Positions 13,201 through 26,137 of a DNA stretch of 64,000 nucleotides are shown piece by piece. Within the stretch, counting starts at the first letter, position 1, and each line of letters begins with the position of its first letter. The notes under the pieces were generated by a model. It searched no databases, had not been told where the DNA came from, and saw only the letters and a list, made by a program, of their open reading frames with translations. The translations under genes and the position numbers were made by a program. Source of the stretch: Balanoglossus misakiensis (lineage: Eukaryota; Animalia; Hemichordata); contig CM082583.2 of the NCBI GenBank assembly GCA_040954595.2, positions 1,684,925 to 1,748,924 of the forward strand. Direction: 5' to 3'.

Positions 13201-16200
13201 AGTGGCCAGTGTCGTGCCCATCAATTTTGAGTGTTTGGTGGGGTCAGCCTTTGCGTCAACATTGATTAACCAGGCCATGCAGAGCTAGTGGCCAGTGTCG
13301 TGCCCATCAATTTTGAGTGTTTGGTGGGGTCAGCCTTTGCGTCAACATTGATTAACCAGGCCATGCAGAGCTAGTGGCCAGTGTCGTGCCCATCAATTTT
13401 GAGTGTTTGGTGGGGTCAGCCTTTGCGTCAACATTGATTAACCAGGCCATGCAGAGCTAGTGGCCAGTGTCGTGCCCATCAATTTTGAGTCTTTGGTGGG
13501 GTCAGCCTTTGCGTCAACATTGATTAACCAGGCCATGCAGAGCTAGTGGCCAGTGTCGTGCCCATCAATTTTGAGTCTTTGGTGGGGTCAGCCTTTGCGT
13601 CAACATTGATTAACCAGGCCATGCAGAGCTAGTGGCCAGTGTCGTGCCCATCAATTTTGAGTGTTTGGTGGGGTCGCCTTTGCGTCAACATTGATTAACC
13701 AGGCCATGCAGAGCTAGTGGCCAGTGTCACGCCCATTAATTTTGAGTGTTTGGTGGGGTCAACCTTTGCGTCAACATTGATTAACCAGGCCATGCAGAGC
13801 TAGTGGCCAGTGTCGTGCCCATCAATTTTGAGTGTTTGGTGGGGTCGCCTTTGCGTCAACATTGATTAACCAGGCCATGCAGAGCTAGTGGCCAGTGTCG
13901 TGCCCATCAATTTTGAGTGTTTGGTGGGGTCAGCCTTTGCGTCAACATTGATTAACCAGGCCATGCAGAGCTAGTGGCCAGTGTCACGCCCATTAATTTT
14001 GAGTGTTTGGTGGGGTCAACCTTTGCGTCAACATTGATTAACCAGGCCATGCAGAGCTAGTGGCCAGTGTCGTGCCCATCAATTTTGAGTGTTTGGTGGG
14101 GTCGCCTTTGCGTCAACATTGATTAACCAGGCCATGCAGAGCTAGTGGCCAGTGTCGTGCCCATCAATTTTGAGTGTTTGGTGGGGTCAGCCTTTGCGTC
14201 AACATTGATTAACCAGGCCATGCAGAGCTAGTGGCCAGTGTCGTGCCCATCAATTTTGAGTGTTTGGTGGGGTCAGCCTTTGCGTCAACATTGATTAACC
14301 AGGCCATGCAGAGCTAGTGGCCAGTGTCGTGCCCATCAATTTTGAGTGTTTGGTGGGGTCAGCCTTTGCGTCAACATTGATTAACCAGGCCATGCAGAGC
14401 TAGTGGCCAGTGTCGTGCCCATCAATTTTGAGTGTTTGGTGGGGTCAGCCTTTGCGTCAACATTGATTAACCAGGCCATGCAGAGCTAGTGGCCAGTGTC
14501 GTGCCCATCAATTTTGAGTGTTTGGTGGGGTCAGCCTTTGCGTCAACATTGATTAACCAGGCCATGCAGAGCTAGTGGCCAGTGTCGTGCCCATCAATTT
14601 TGAGTGTTTGGTGGGGTCAACCTTTGCGTCAACATCGATTAACCAGGCCATGCAGAGCTAGTGGCCAGTGTCGTGCCCATCAATTTTGAGTGTTTGGTGG
14701 GGTAAACCTTTGCGTCAACATCGATTAACCAGGCCATGCAGAGCTAGTGGCCAGTGTCGTGCCCATCAATTTCGAGTGTTTGGTGGGGTCAACCTTTGCG
14801 TCAACATCGATTAACCAGGCCATGCAGAGCTAGTGGCCAGTGTCGTGCCCATCAATTTCGAGTGTTTGGTGGGGTCAACCTTTGCGTCAACATCGATTAA
14901 CCAGGCCATGCAGAGCTAGTGGCCAGTGTCGTGCCCATCAATTTTGAGTGTTTGGTGGGGTCAACCTTTGCGTCAACATCGATTAACCAGGCCATGCAGA
15001 GCTAGTGGCCAGTGTCGTGCCCATCAATTTTGAGTGTTTGGTGGGGTCAGCCTTTGCGTCAACATCGATTAACCAGGCCATGCAGAGCTAGTGGCCAGTG
15101 TCGTGCCCATCAATTTTGAGTGTTTGGTGGGGTCAGCCTTTGCGTCAACATCGATTAACCAGGCCATGCAGAGCTAGTGGCCAGTGTCGTGCCCATCAAT
15201 TTTGAGTGTTTGGTGGGGTCAACCTTTGCGTCAACATCGATTAACCAGGCCATGCAGAGCTAGTGGCCAGTGTCGTGCCCATCAATTTTGAGTGTTTGGT
15301 GGGGTCAACCTTTGCGTCAACATCGATTAACCAGGCCATGCAGAGCTAGTGGCCAGTGTCGTGCCCATCAATTTCGAGTGTTTGGTGGGGTCAACCTTTG
15401 CGTCAACATCGATTAACCAGGCCATGCAGAGCTAGTGGCCAGTGTCGTGCCCATCAATTTCGAGTGTTTGGTGGGGTCAACCTTTGCGTCAACATCGATT
15501 AACCAGGCCATGCAGAGCTAGTGGCCAGTGTCGTGCCCATCAATTTTGAGTGTTTGGTGGGGTCAGCCTTTGCGTCAACATCGATTAACCAGGCCATGCA
15601 GAGCTAGTGGCCAGTGTCGTGCCCATCAATTTTGAGTGTTTGGTGGGGTCAGCCTTTGCGTCAACATCGATTAACCAGGCCATGCAGAGCTAGTGGCCAG
15701 TGTCGTGCCCATCAATTTTGAGTGTTTGGTGGGGTCAGCCTTTGCGTCAACATCGATTAACCAGGCCATGCAGAGCTAGTGGCCAGTGTCGTGCCCATCA
15801 ATTTTGAGTGTTTGGTGGGGTCAGCCTTTGCGTCAACATCGATTAACCAGGCCATGCAGAGCTAGTGGCCAGTGTCGTGCCCATCAATTTTGAGTGTTTG
15901 GTGGGGTCAGCCTTTGCGTCAACATTGATTAACCAGGCCATGCAGAGCTAGTGGCCAGTGTCGTGCCCATCAATTTTGAGTGTTTGTTGGGGTCAGCCTT
16001 TGCGTCAACATTGATTAACCAGGCCATGCAGAGCTAGTGGCCAGTGTCGTGCCCATCAATTTTGAGTGTTTGGTGGGGTCAGCCTTTGCGTCAACATTGA
16101 TTAACCAGGCCATGCAGAGCTAGTGGCCAGTGTCGTGCCCATCAATTTTGAGTGTTTGGTGGGGTCAGCCTTTGCGTCAACATTGATTAACCAGGCCATG

Positions 16201-19060
16201 CAGAGCTAGTGGCCAGTGTCGTGCCCATCAATTTTGAGTGTTTGGTGGGGTCAGCCTTTGCGTCAACATTGATTAACCAGGCCATGCAGAGCTAGTGGCC
16301 AGTGTCGTGCCCATCAATTTTGAGTGTTTGGTGGGGTCAGCCTTTGCGTCAACATTGATTAACCAGGCCATGCAGAGCTAGTGGCCAGTGTCGTGCCCAT
16401 CAATTTTGAGTGTTTGGTGGGGTCAGCCTTTGCGTCAACATTGATTAACCAGGCCATGCAGAGCTAGTGGCCAGTGTCGTGCCCATCAATTTTGAGTGTT
16501 TGGTGGGGTCAGCCTTTGCGTCAACATTGATTAACCAGGCCATGCAGAGCTATGTCTTGTTCTCACTAAAAGTTTCGACACCAGTGTTATGCCAGTGTTT
16601 ACTCTCTGCAAACACAGGGGATTAGCCCACAGAATCTCCGTGCGTCCACACACTAAACTTTTGGCCACTGTTTTGAAATCAACACCGTCTAAATCGCCAT
16701 GTTTAGCAACACGGCAACTAACAAAATTGAGGACGTCGAGGACATTACAGCAACATGTTTCAGTTTCTATACCTGTATATGCGTTCTAGACGACTTTGTG
16801 ACAGTTTTGATAATGTTTAGAAGTAAATGAATGTTAATCCATAAATGGAAAATGCCTCAGCTTTTCGGTGATCGAGAGAACCTTCCGAAAGTTGGTAGCA
16901 GATAGAAGTGTTGCAGACCTGGCAAACTGCGAATGGTTTGAAAACCACTCGCGTCCAGTGTGATTGACTTAACAATGGAAACTGACCAAAGACAATGGGC
17001 TATACCTAATAAACATACCCAAAAGTCACTGCAGGGTGGCGCTTTTGAACGGTGTTTGTTTATCTTTGCGTTCTCACTGACTATTTGCGTCGGAGCGCTG
17101 GCCCAGCACTGGCCCTGACCCGCCACCCATCGCCGTCGCGAATCAACACCGGCGTAACACCGGCGTAAAGCGTTCTCACTTGTTTTTTTCCGTCGGTGTC
17201 AAATCTACACCGTTGTAGCACCGGTGTAAACGTGCCAGTGAGAACGCCACACTAGTGGCCAGTGTCGTGCCCATCAATTTTGAGTGTTTGGTGGGGTCAG
17301 CCTTTGCGTCAACATTGATTAACCAGGCCATGCAGAGCTAGTGGCCAGTGTCGTGCCCATCAATTTTGAGTGTTTGGTGGGGTCAGCCTTTGCGTCAACA
17401 TTGATTAACCAGGCCATGCAGAGCTAGTGGCCAGTGTCGTGCCCATCAATTTTGAGTGTTTGGTGGGGTCAGCCTTTGCGTCGACATTGATTAACCAGGC
17501 CATGCAGAGCTAGTGGCCAGTGTCGTGCCCATCAATTTTGAGTGTTTGGTGGGGTCAGCCTTTGCGTCGACATTGATTAACCAGGCCATGCAGAGCTAGT
17601 GGCCAGTGTCGTGCCCATCAATTTTGAGTGTTTGGTGGGGTCAGCCTTTGCGTCAACATTGATTAACCAGGCCATGCAGAGCTAGTGGCCAGTGTCGTGC
17701 CCATCAATTTTGAGTGTTTGGTGGGGTCAGCCTTTGCGTCAACATTGATTAACCAGGCCATGCAGAGCTAGTGGCCAGTGTCGTGCCCATCAATTTTGAG
17801 TGTTTGGTGGGGTCAGCCTTTGCGTCAACATTGATTAACCAGGCCATGCAGAGCTAGTGGCCAGTGTCGTGCCCATCAATTTTGAGTGTTTGGTGGGGTC
17901 AGCCTTTGCGTCAACATTGATTAACCAGGCCATGCAGAGCTAGTGGCCAGTGTCGTGCCCATCAATTTTGAGTGTTTGGTGGGGTCAGCCTTTGCGTCAA
18001 CATTGATTAACCAGGCCATGCAGAGCTAGTGGCCAGTGTCGTGCCCATCAATTTTGAGTGTTTGGTGGGGTCAGCCTTTGCGTCAACATTGATTAACCAG
18101 GCCATGCAGAGCTAGTGGCCAGTGTCGTGCCCATCAATTTTGAGTGTTTGGTGGGGTCAGCCTTTGCGTCAACATTGATTAACCAGGCCATGCAGAGCTA
18201 GTGGCCAGTGTCGTGCCCATCAATTTTGAGTGTTTGGTGGGGTCAGCCTTTGCGTCGACATTGATTAACCAGGCCATGCAGAGCTAGTGGCCAGTGTCGT
18301 GCCCATCAATTTTGAGAGTTTGGTGGGGTCAGCCTTTGCGTCGACATTGATTAACCAGGCCATGCAGAGCTAGTGGCCAGTGTCGTGCCCATCAATTTTG
18401 AGTGTTTGGTGGGGTCAGCCTTTGCGTAGACATTGATTAACCAGGCCATGCAGAGCTAGTGGCCAGTGTCGTGCCCATCAATTTTGAGTGTTTGGTGGGG
18501 TCAACCTTTGCGTCAACATCGATTAACCAGGCCATGCAGAGCTAGTGGCCAGTGTCGTGCCCATCAATTTTGAGTGTTTGGTGGGGTCAGCCTTTGCGTC
18601 AACATTGATTAACCAGGCCATGCAGAGCTAGTGGCCAGTGTCGTGCCCATCAATTTTGAGTGTTTGGTGGGGTCAGCCTTTGCGTCAACATTGATTAACC
18701 AGGCCATGCAGAGCTAGTGGCCAGTGTCGTGCCCATCAATTTTGAGTGTTTGGTGGGGTCAACCTTTGCGTCAACATCGATTAACCAGGCCATGCAGAGC
18801 TAGTGGCCAGTGTCGTGCCCATCAATTTTGAGTGTTTGGTGGGGTCAACCTTTGCGTCAACATCGATTAACCAGGCCATGCAGAGCTAGTGGCCAGTGTC
18901 GTGCCCATCAATTTTGAGTGTTTGGTGGGGTCAACCTTTGCGTCAACATCGATTAACCAGGCCATGCAGAGCTAGTGGCCAGTGTCGTGCCCATCAATTT
19001 TGAGTGTTTGGTGGGGTCAACCTTTGCGTCAACATTGATTAACCAGGCCATGCAGAGCTA
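10278..19060. repeat. Satellite array, 86-bp unit, about 94 copies (about 73 plus about 21), split by a MITE
   Basis: Unit CTAGTGGCCAGTGTCGTGCCCATCAATTTTGAGTGTTTGGTGGGGTCAGCCTTTGCGTCAACATTGATTAACCAGGCCATGCAGAG, period 86 (for example 10791 to 10877), head-to-tail with no spacers. Confidence 0.97.
16553..17251. mobile_element. MITE (699 bp) inserted in the satellite, 3-bp TSD CTA (PIF/Harbinger-like)
   Basis: Ends TGTCTTGTTCTCACT / AGTGAGAACGCCACA form imperfect TIRs. CTA is duplicated at 16550-16552 and 17252-17254, whereas every uninterrupted unit has a single CTA. Confidence 0.8.
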
Positions 19061-19307
19061 CATGTATGTTGCCTGTAAGGCACACATCTCCAATTGGTAC
19101 ATTGGGCCTATCATACTGTACATGTACAACTAGGAAAATGTACTTCATCATATTTCCATGGTCAGCAGCTTCAAGAACATGTTGCCTTCTCTATATGAAT
19201 GTTTAGACTAAAAAGAAGTATAAGTAGAATAAAGTTGTCCAATTATTGTTGGCAGGGGGTTGGGATGTGTGCTCGCATACAAATGTATATGGGTATGTAC
19301 TCTTTAA

Positions 19308-19883
19308 AGGTCACATGTCATGCTTTGGAAAGTTTTCATTTTTCCACGTCAAAAGCTCACCTAGGGTACCTGTCTATGCATTGCCTAATGTGTCGGTTCT
19401 GAAAAATGTGCACGAATGCCGGAATTTGCCACCTTTTTTCATGCCTGTGATCAGGGAGCCACTTCGCACTCGAGCCAGGCGAAGGTATTTGCATATGGAC
19501 AAACAAGTACACTACGTCCTAGTGTACCATTCTGCTAACAGTAAAGTGTAATTAGCAGTCCATGAGTAATTAAGTCCACAGACAAAGACAAGCTATATAA
19601 ACAGTGTTCAAAGCAAATGAAGCCCTTGCCTCACATTACAGGCAGAGGATTTACGAAGGTGTGAAAGACTATTTGTCCACATCAAGATAAGTCTTCGACT
19701 GAACTTCGAAAAGCCGAAAAAACTCGACTGAGTTGGGTTAGGGGTACACGCCCACCCGCCACTTTTACTTGCTTGTTATCTAAGCACAAGGGACAAAACG
19801 CATTGCAAGATAGTAACATACGTTAACTTCAAGACCCAAATAGTGATTTTACGCGTGGTTGTATAGGGCATGGCACGTGACCT
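19308..19883. mobile_element. Kolobok-like MITE with TTAA TSD
   Basis: TTAA-AGGTCACATGTCATGC ... GCATGGCACGTGACCT-TTAA. The right-arm equivalent (about 53215) has a single TTAA (empty site). Confidence 0.8.
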
Positions 19884-20250
19884 TTAAGAAAAACCTTCAT
19901 ATGCAAGAGAAAAATGGTAAATGACAAAGAAAATTTGACTGGTATTACAATAGGTCGGGTTTTTGGCATTTACACATATTGATGTTATCAACCGGGAAGC
20001 ACACTACGTGCTGAAAATAATTGGAGAACTCTCGCCCGGGGTGTCGGCCAGTGGCCACATACATTTCCAGTCCTAAACCTTGCATCAGTTCTGTGGTGCG
20101 GATTAAGAAATAAGATTGGCGCTACAATATGCCCACTTAGTTTGAAATGGATTCTGCATATATACATGTAAACACATTGAAAATGAGATATTACACATAT
20201 AATCATGGGACAAGAAGGGCAAAAATTAAATTATCCAGCAGGTGTTCGAA

Positions 20251-20900
20251 TTATGCAAATTAGAACAGTTGTCTAATATTGCCATGTCAACCACGTTGAA
20301 ATTGTTTTAGGTACCCATATTAATTAAAACCGTGAAAATGCGATATTACACACCATATAAGACAAACCAGGGAAATTTACATGTTAGAGAAGTTTGTCGG
20401 CCATTTTGGATTATGCAAATTAGAACAGTTGTCTAATATTGCCATGTCAACCACGCTGAAATTGTTTTAGTTACCCATATTGATGAAAACCCTGCAAATG
20501 CGATTTTAGGCACCATATAAGACAAAACAGGGAAATTTACATTTAAGAAGAGTTTGGTGGCCATTTTGGATTATGCAAATTAGAACAGCTGTCTATTATT
20601 GCCATGTCAACGACGTTGAAATTGTTTTAGGTACCCATATTGATGAAAACCCTGCAAATGCGATATTACACACTATTAAAGACAACCATAGTAAATTTAC
20701 ATGTTAGAGAAGTTTGTCGGCCATTCTAGATTATGCAAATTAGAACAGCTGTCTAACATTGCAATGTCAACCACGTTGAAATTGTTTTAGGTACCCATAT
20801 TGATGAAAACCCTTCAAATGCGATACTACACGCTATTTAAGACGACCATAGGAAATTTACATGTTAGAGGAGTTTGGCGGCCATTTTGGACTATGCAAAT
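20251..20900. repeat. 160-bp tandem repeat, about 4 copies
   Basis: (T/C)TATGCAAAT recurs at 20251, 20411, 20571, 20731 and 20891. Only about 2 copies are present in the right arm (52550-52780). Confidence 0.85.
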
Positions 20901-23900
20901 GAGAAGAGTTGAACAAAAAATGCCATATTTGCAATGCTGTTGTCTTGTTTTGGGTGCCTATGTTAAGGCTTGAAAATGAAAGCTTATTCACCATTTTGGC
21001 ACAAACAGTGGCGAGAAGGTGTTCCAATGTAACTTAGAAGAGTTGCCATATTTGCAATACAGTTATATTGTTTAAGGTATGAATGCAAATCCTGAATATT
21101 AGATTTATAACAATTTCATTGGAAAGAACATTTGTAGGTTCATCATTGACCCCATAGGACTGTCAACTCGACTACAGACAGTCTCGATGAACACAAGACA
21201 TGATCCCAATTTGCAAGCTGAGTTGAAACTGACTGCTGCAGTAACTTTAGCTCTGGGAATGTCTTGTATGATTTAAAGCAATTGATTTAACACAGTTTCT
21301 CTGAGGTAACCACTTAGCTTTCGTGACTGGTTGTTTAAGAATCCAAAAAACATGAATTCTACCCAATTAATTCAACCCTTAGAATTTCACAACTGTAACA
21401 GAGTTTGCAGTCATGCACAAAAGTGTGTATCATACACATAAGAAATTTCTCACATGTATTTTTATAAGGGCAATGCATTTGACTGTAAACAAACATTGAC
21501 ATCAGTCAGTAGCGCTATTTTGTCAGTGAAATGGCTTCATCATCATCCCTCCAACCAAAGTTGAAACTGAGTTGCAAATATTGCATAGCTTGAAATCATA
21601 AAATGTTGCAAAATTGAACCAACAGTTCGGTCAATGATCAAGTTCTTACAGCTATTATTAGAACCAGACAATCTCAGCGAACAAGAGACATGGGCCTTAT
21701 TTGCAAGTCGAGTTAGAACTGCCTTTGCCTGCCCACGGACGCCCCAGTTTCAGCAAAAATTATTGCATTAAAATGTGAGTATGGAGAACTATGCTCTGTG
21801 TTCCTTTTGTTAGCTTACATAGCTGTTGTCATTCTAGTTTTTCCTCTGTCCTGTGAACAGAGTTTCAGTTGCGAAAACTGACAGTTCTCAAAGTACAAAA
21901 GTACACCTAAATTGCCTCGGTGATGAGCATGCAGAATTTATCTGATGCTTTTTACTGGCAGAAGGACCCCACCAGTTGCAGATTGTCAATTCCATGGCAC
22001 AAGGGAATTTACGCTTTGCATTCAAATATAAATAATTAAAACCTGTTTAATTTTTCTATATGTTCTTTAGTGATGATTCAAAAGTATTATGACTGCTAGT
22101 GTGATTAATATTCTATTTTCAAAATGTGTTTCTCTTAATGATTATGAATACATCAAAATTTATGCTTTAAAATTATATCATTTTACCTGAAATATTGCAA
22201 ATATTTGGAGGGTTGCATTTAATTTGAAGTTCTCGATCAAAGTTTTAGGCATAAAAAAGGTGCTACACCCCCGATAAATTGGTAGCTATGAATTCAATTC
22301 AAAGAGTGTTGTAATGTCTGTTTTGCAACAGGGAGCCAGTTCAACAAAGCGCATGAGGATAGTAAATCACCTTTGTGAATTTTGTGCACCACAGTAAGAA
22401 TTCCCTAGAAACTGCAAACTAAATTGCAAAGCAATCAGACAAAAATGGCAGAAATTGCCAACAACAAAAAAACAATATTGTCACTTCCATCACTGGGTTT
22501 GTTAAATTGTCATAAAATCACACCTAAGAACATGCAAACCAAATTTTAAAAAAAATGTGGGTAGAGGTTTCTGAGTATATGACGACCAAAATCACCCCAA
22601 AAATATACTTCAAAAATGAAAAACAAAATCTGTATAAAGTCTCAATAACATAAATACACACCAATTTCTAAAGCAATCTGACCAGTACCTTCTTGAGTTT
22701 CTGAGTTTAGAACAATTTCACATTGGTCCCAATGGTATATTGACATATACAAAATTGGACCTAAAGAGTCAAACACATTTCAAAGATTTTACAATTAAAG
22801 CCTCACAAGCTGCCAAATTTTACACATCTTTTTCCACAATAACATTTTTCAAATCATCCACCTATCCTTTAAAATCAGCACCATTGAGCCATATTACTTG
22901 AATTTGCATGGGGTTTGTCATCTCTCTGCGATGTGTACCCTCCATATGGAGGCTGATTAAAACAGGTGTGGCGCTCGTTTAATATCTGACTTCTTTAAAT
23001 TGCAACATACAGGCACATTCATTAGTCAATAAAATGTTCATGTATACCTATCAGTCAGTTTGTTTAGATGAACAAATCTAAGATGGAAAGTAATATCATG
23101 AAAATACTGTAAGATTGGAAACTCTGAGTTTGAGTCTAAGGATAACAAGGGAACCTCTCTACTATTTGAAGCACCAAAGCTATGAAAAACTTCCTTCTTT
23201 CCCTCAAATATTTTTTATGAATATGTTCTACTCCGTGATTAAAATTTCCCTTTTACCAAATGTACATATGTAAGAGACGAGATTTTTTCAGCAAAATTTC
23301 AAATGGCCTAGGGTGACTTTTTACCTACTTACCCATATTGGGTAGCATGAAACACAGAATGGCATACCAGTGGGTTAGAGATACAGCGTTTTATATTAAC
23401 ATGAATTAACATGAAACTAAAAATTTGATGGTTTACTTAGGACTGCCTTGATCCATGGTAACCTCATTAAATATGTACATATCTAATTCTAGGCTATCCA
23501 GTTACAGTAGAAACCTGGACATGGACAACTTTGGGGTCAAAATCTTTTGACAAAATGTTGGGTGATCTTGGGTAAACTTTGACCTACATTCCTATATCTT
23601 GGCATCCGGCACAGATACATTCTTGACACTTGGAGTGATGGAACTGCATAATGGAGTATTATGTCTCAGCTAGTCACAGTGCTTTTGCTGTGTCTTTTAT
23701 TCAGCCAAATTAGATGTTTTTCATTACACATTGGCTGTGTTTGCCAGTACATTTTAGCTGGTCACACTGCCTTAACACAATGTATTCTCAAAATACTCTG
23801 CAATCTTTATGAAGCATATACAGCAGACAAAGTTGTGGTAAGACTGAACTTGCCCTTCTTTGTGATTAAAGCATGACCGGCCTGTCTTAGGTGGCCCCTA

Positions 23901-26039
23901 CCTAGAGGCTTTACCTGTCATTGGCTCACAGTCTGAGAAATCAGCTCTGCAGGGAAGTTAACGATGTAACCCACCATTAAAGCTTGGATTTCCGCTTTTT
24001 GTATTTGATGCCTGGCTGAGGCCTTCTTAGGATCTACCCAACGCTGAGTAGGCTATCCCGTCATTGGCACACAGTCTCAGGGAGGGAGTCAAAAGTTCAG
24101 TATACCATCAAAGCCTTTATATTGTCCATTCTTTTTAGGAGAAGGCTGGCTGCTGTAGAAAAATGTTGATCTCAAATTTATCATGTCCAAAAAGCCAGAC
24201 TTCCAGCCCTATTGGTTAGGCTGGCATTAGGTAAGTACATAATTAATGAGGCAAGACATAATACTCAATCAAATAGTTCCATCACTCCAAGTGTCAAGGT
24301 TGTATCTGCTCCGGATGCTAAAATATAGGAATGTAGGTCAAAGTTTACCCAAGATCACACAAATGTTTGTCAAAAGATTTTGACCCCGAAGTTGTCCATG
24401 TCCAGGTTTCTACTTCAGCTGAATAGCCTAGAATTAGATATGCACATATTTAACGAGGTTACCATTGCTCAGGGGGGTCTTAAATTAACCATCAAATTTT
24501 AGTTTCATATTAATGCATATTAATATAAAATACTGTATCTCTAACCCTACAGGTAAGCCTAGAATTAGGTACATGTACATGCGTAAGTTTTTGACAAGAC
24601 AGTTAAGCTGTAATATATGTACATGAACCTTGACAATTGACTTAAAATAACATAAAGGCAGAACTGATACTGATTGGAGATAGATATTACTAATGACAGT
24701 GATGTTAATTACACCAGGAATGTTTGTCTTAGTATACGGTAGCTAACCGACTGCTTGAGGTTAAGTAATGAAAGTGCCCACTTGCGATTCACCTTCAAAT
24801 AGCTACTTAGTCTTTGGTACATGTACATTGTTTTTCCAATGATTAGACAAAGGATATACATACGTGTAATTAAGGTTGGGTAGCATTTTCAATGTAATAA
24901 GCCCTGCCTTCACTATAATCTTACACCAAATCAACACTGTTCAGTAATGTGATAGGATTCAAAGCGACGCTAGTTACATCATAATTCCCAGCAAGGGGTA
25001 TTAGTTTATTGGGCAAGTGGCATGAGTGAGGCCAGACATTAGTTTTGGAAGCAAAGCGGACAGAACACTGCCGGGCATAGACTAGGTAGTTCTGAATGTG
25101 ACCATGGACGTTACCACATTAGACTCTGTATTGTAAGTTTCTGAAGAATCGCAAAAAACATCAACAGTCTACATGTACTTCAACCTTGTGAGAAGTACTG
25201 TATAACACACAGGATATACTAGTCACTGTTGGTCAGGTTATTACACACTGTGGTCCCATTTGGGGATTACACAAAATTAGGTATGTCTGTGTTCATGGGA
25301 AAAATCATGTGACATTGGCAAGCAGATATGACCTACTGTAAGAACATTTCAAAGGAACCAGACAAGTATTTTAGGGAAAACAACATTCAACAATGACAAA
25401 AACTGCCTCAAACCACATCTATCCAACTATCAACAAATTGTATAATATCTACTTCAATCACCACGCCTACCAAAGTTGAAAGCAATCTGACTAGTAGTTT
25501 CAAAGAATATAAATTGCAAAAATTGCCCCAAGACCACAATATGTAAATTTCACCAAAATGATATACAACATTACTTGGGTTACCTCTTGGAACAAGCATA
25601 CCAAAATTTAAAAGCAATCTAAGGAGTTTCTCAGAAAATGAATTTTGACCAAAAATGACAGATTACAAATTCTGCGACAATTTAAACAAAACCAACTAAG
25701 ATCACCTACCGGAAGTGTCATACTAAATTCTAAAGAAATCAGCCAATCTCTTTAAGAGGAAAAGATTTTTTTTCAAATGGTAAAACAAGACAAAATAATT
25801 GCATAAAAAATAGACAATTCACGATATAAACTCAAAGTATATCAGGTATAAGGACATTACCTACATGCATACAAATGTTCAAAGCAGTCTAACCAGTTGT
25901 TGAGTTTTGATCAATTCCACATATTTCACAGGTTATTTGCGTATTTTTGCAATGACAACTTCATTTAAGCAAAATCCCATCTACACACCAAATATCAAGG
26001 TGATACGCGAAGTGGTTTCATGTTTTGGATCAGGGCAGA

Positions 26040-26137
26040 CATACATCCATATATACATGTAACATGCATACACACATGTACACACACACACAAACACATG
26101 CATACATGCATACATACATACATACATACATACATAC
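26040..26137. repeat. (CATA)n/(CA)n microsatellite within a HINE/DINE-1-like repeat
   Basis: Read directly. The counterpart (GTAT)n-GTCT tract is at about 45143-45185. The HINE-like assignment is inference from the microsatellite plus AAATTT..AAGCAATC-type core repeats. Confidence 0.6.

Noticed and set aside
10278-19060. CRISPR-like array
   Set aside because: Units are head-to-tail with no unique spacers, there are no cas genes, and the context is eukaryotic. It is a satellite.
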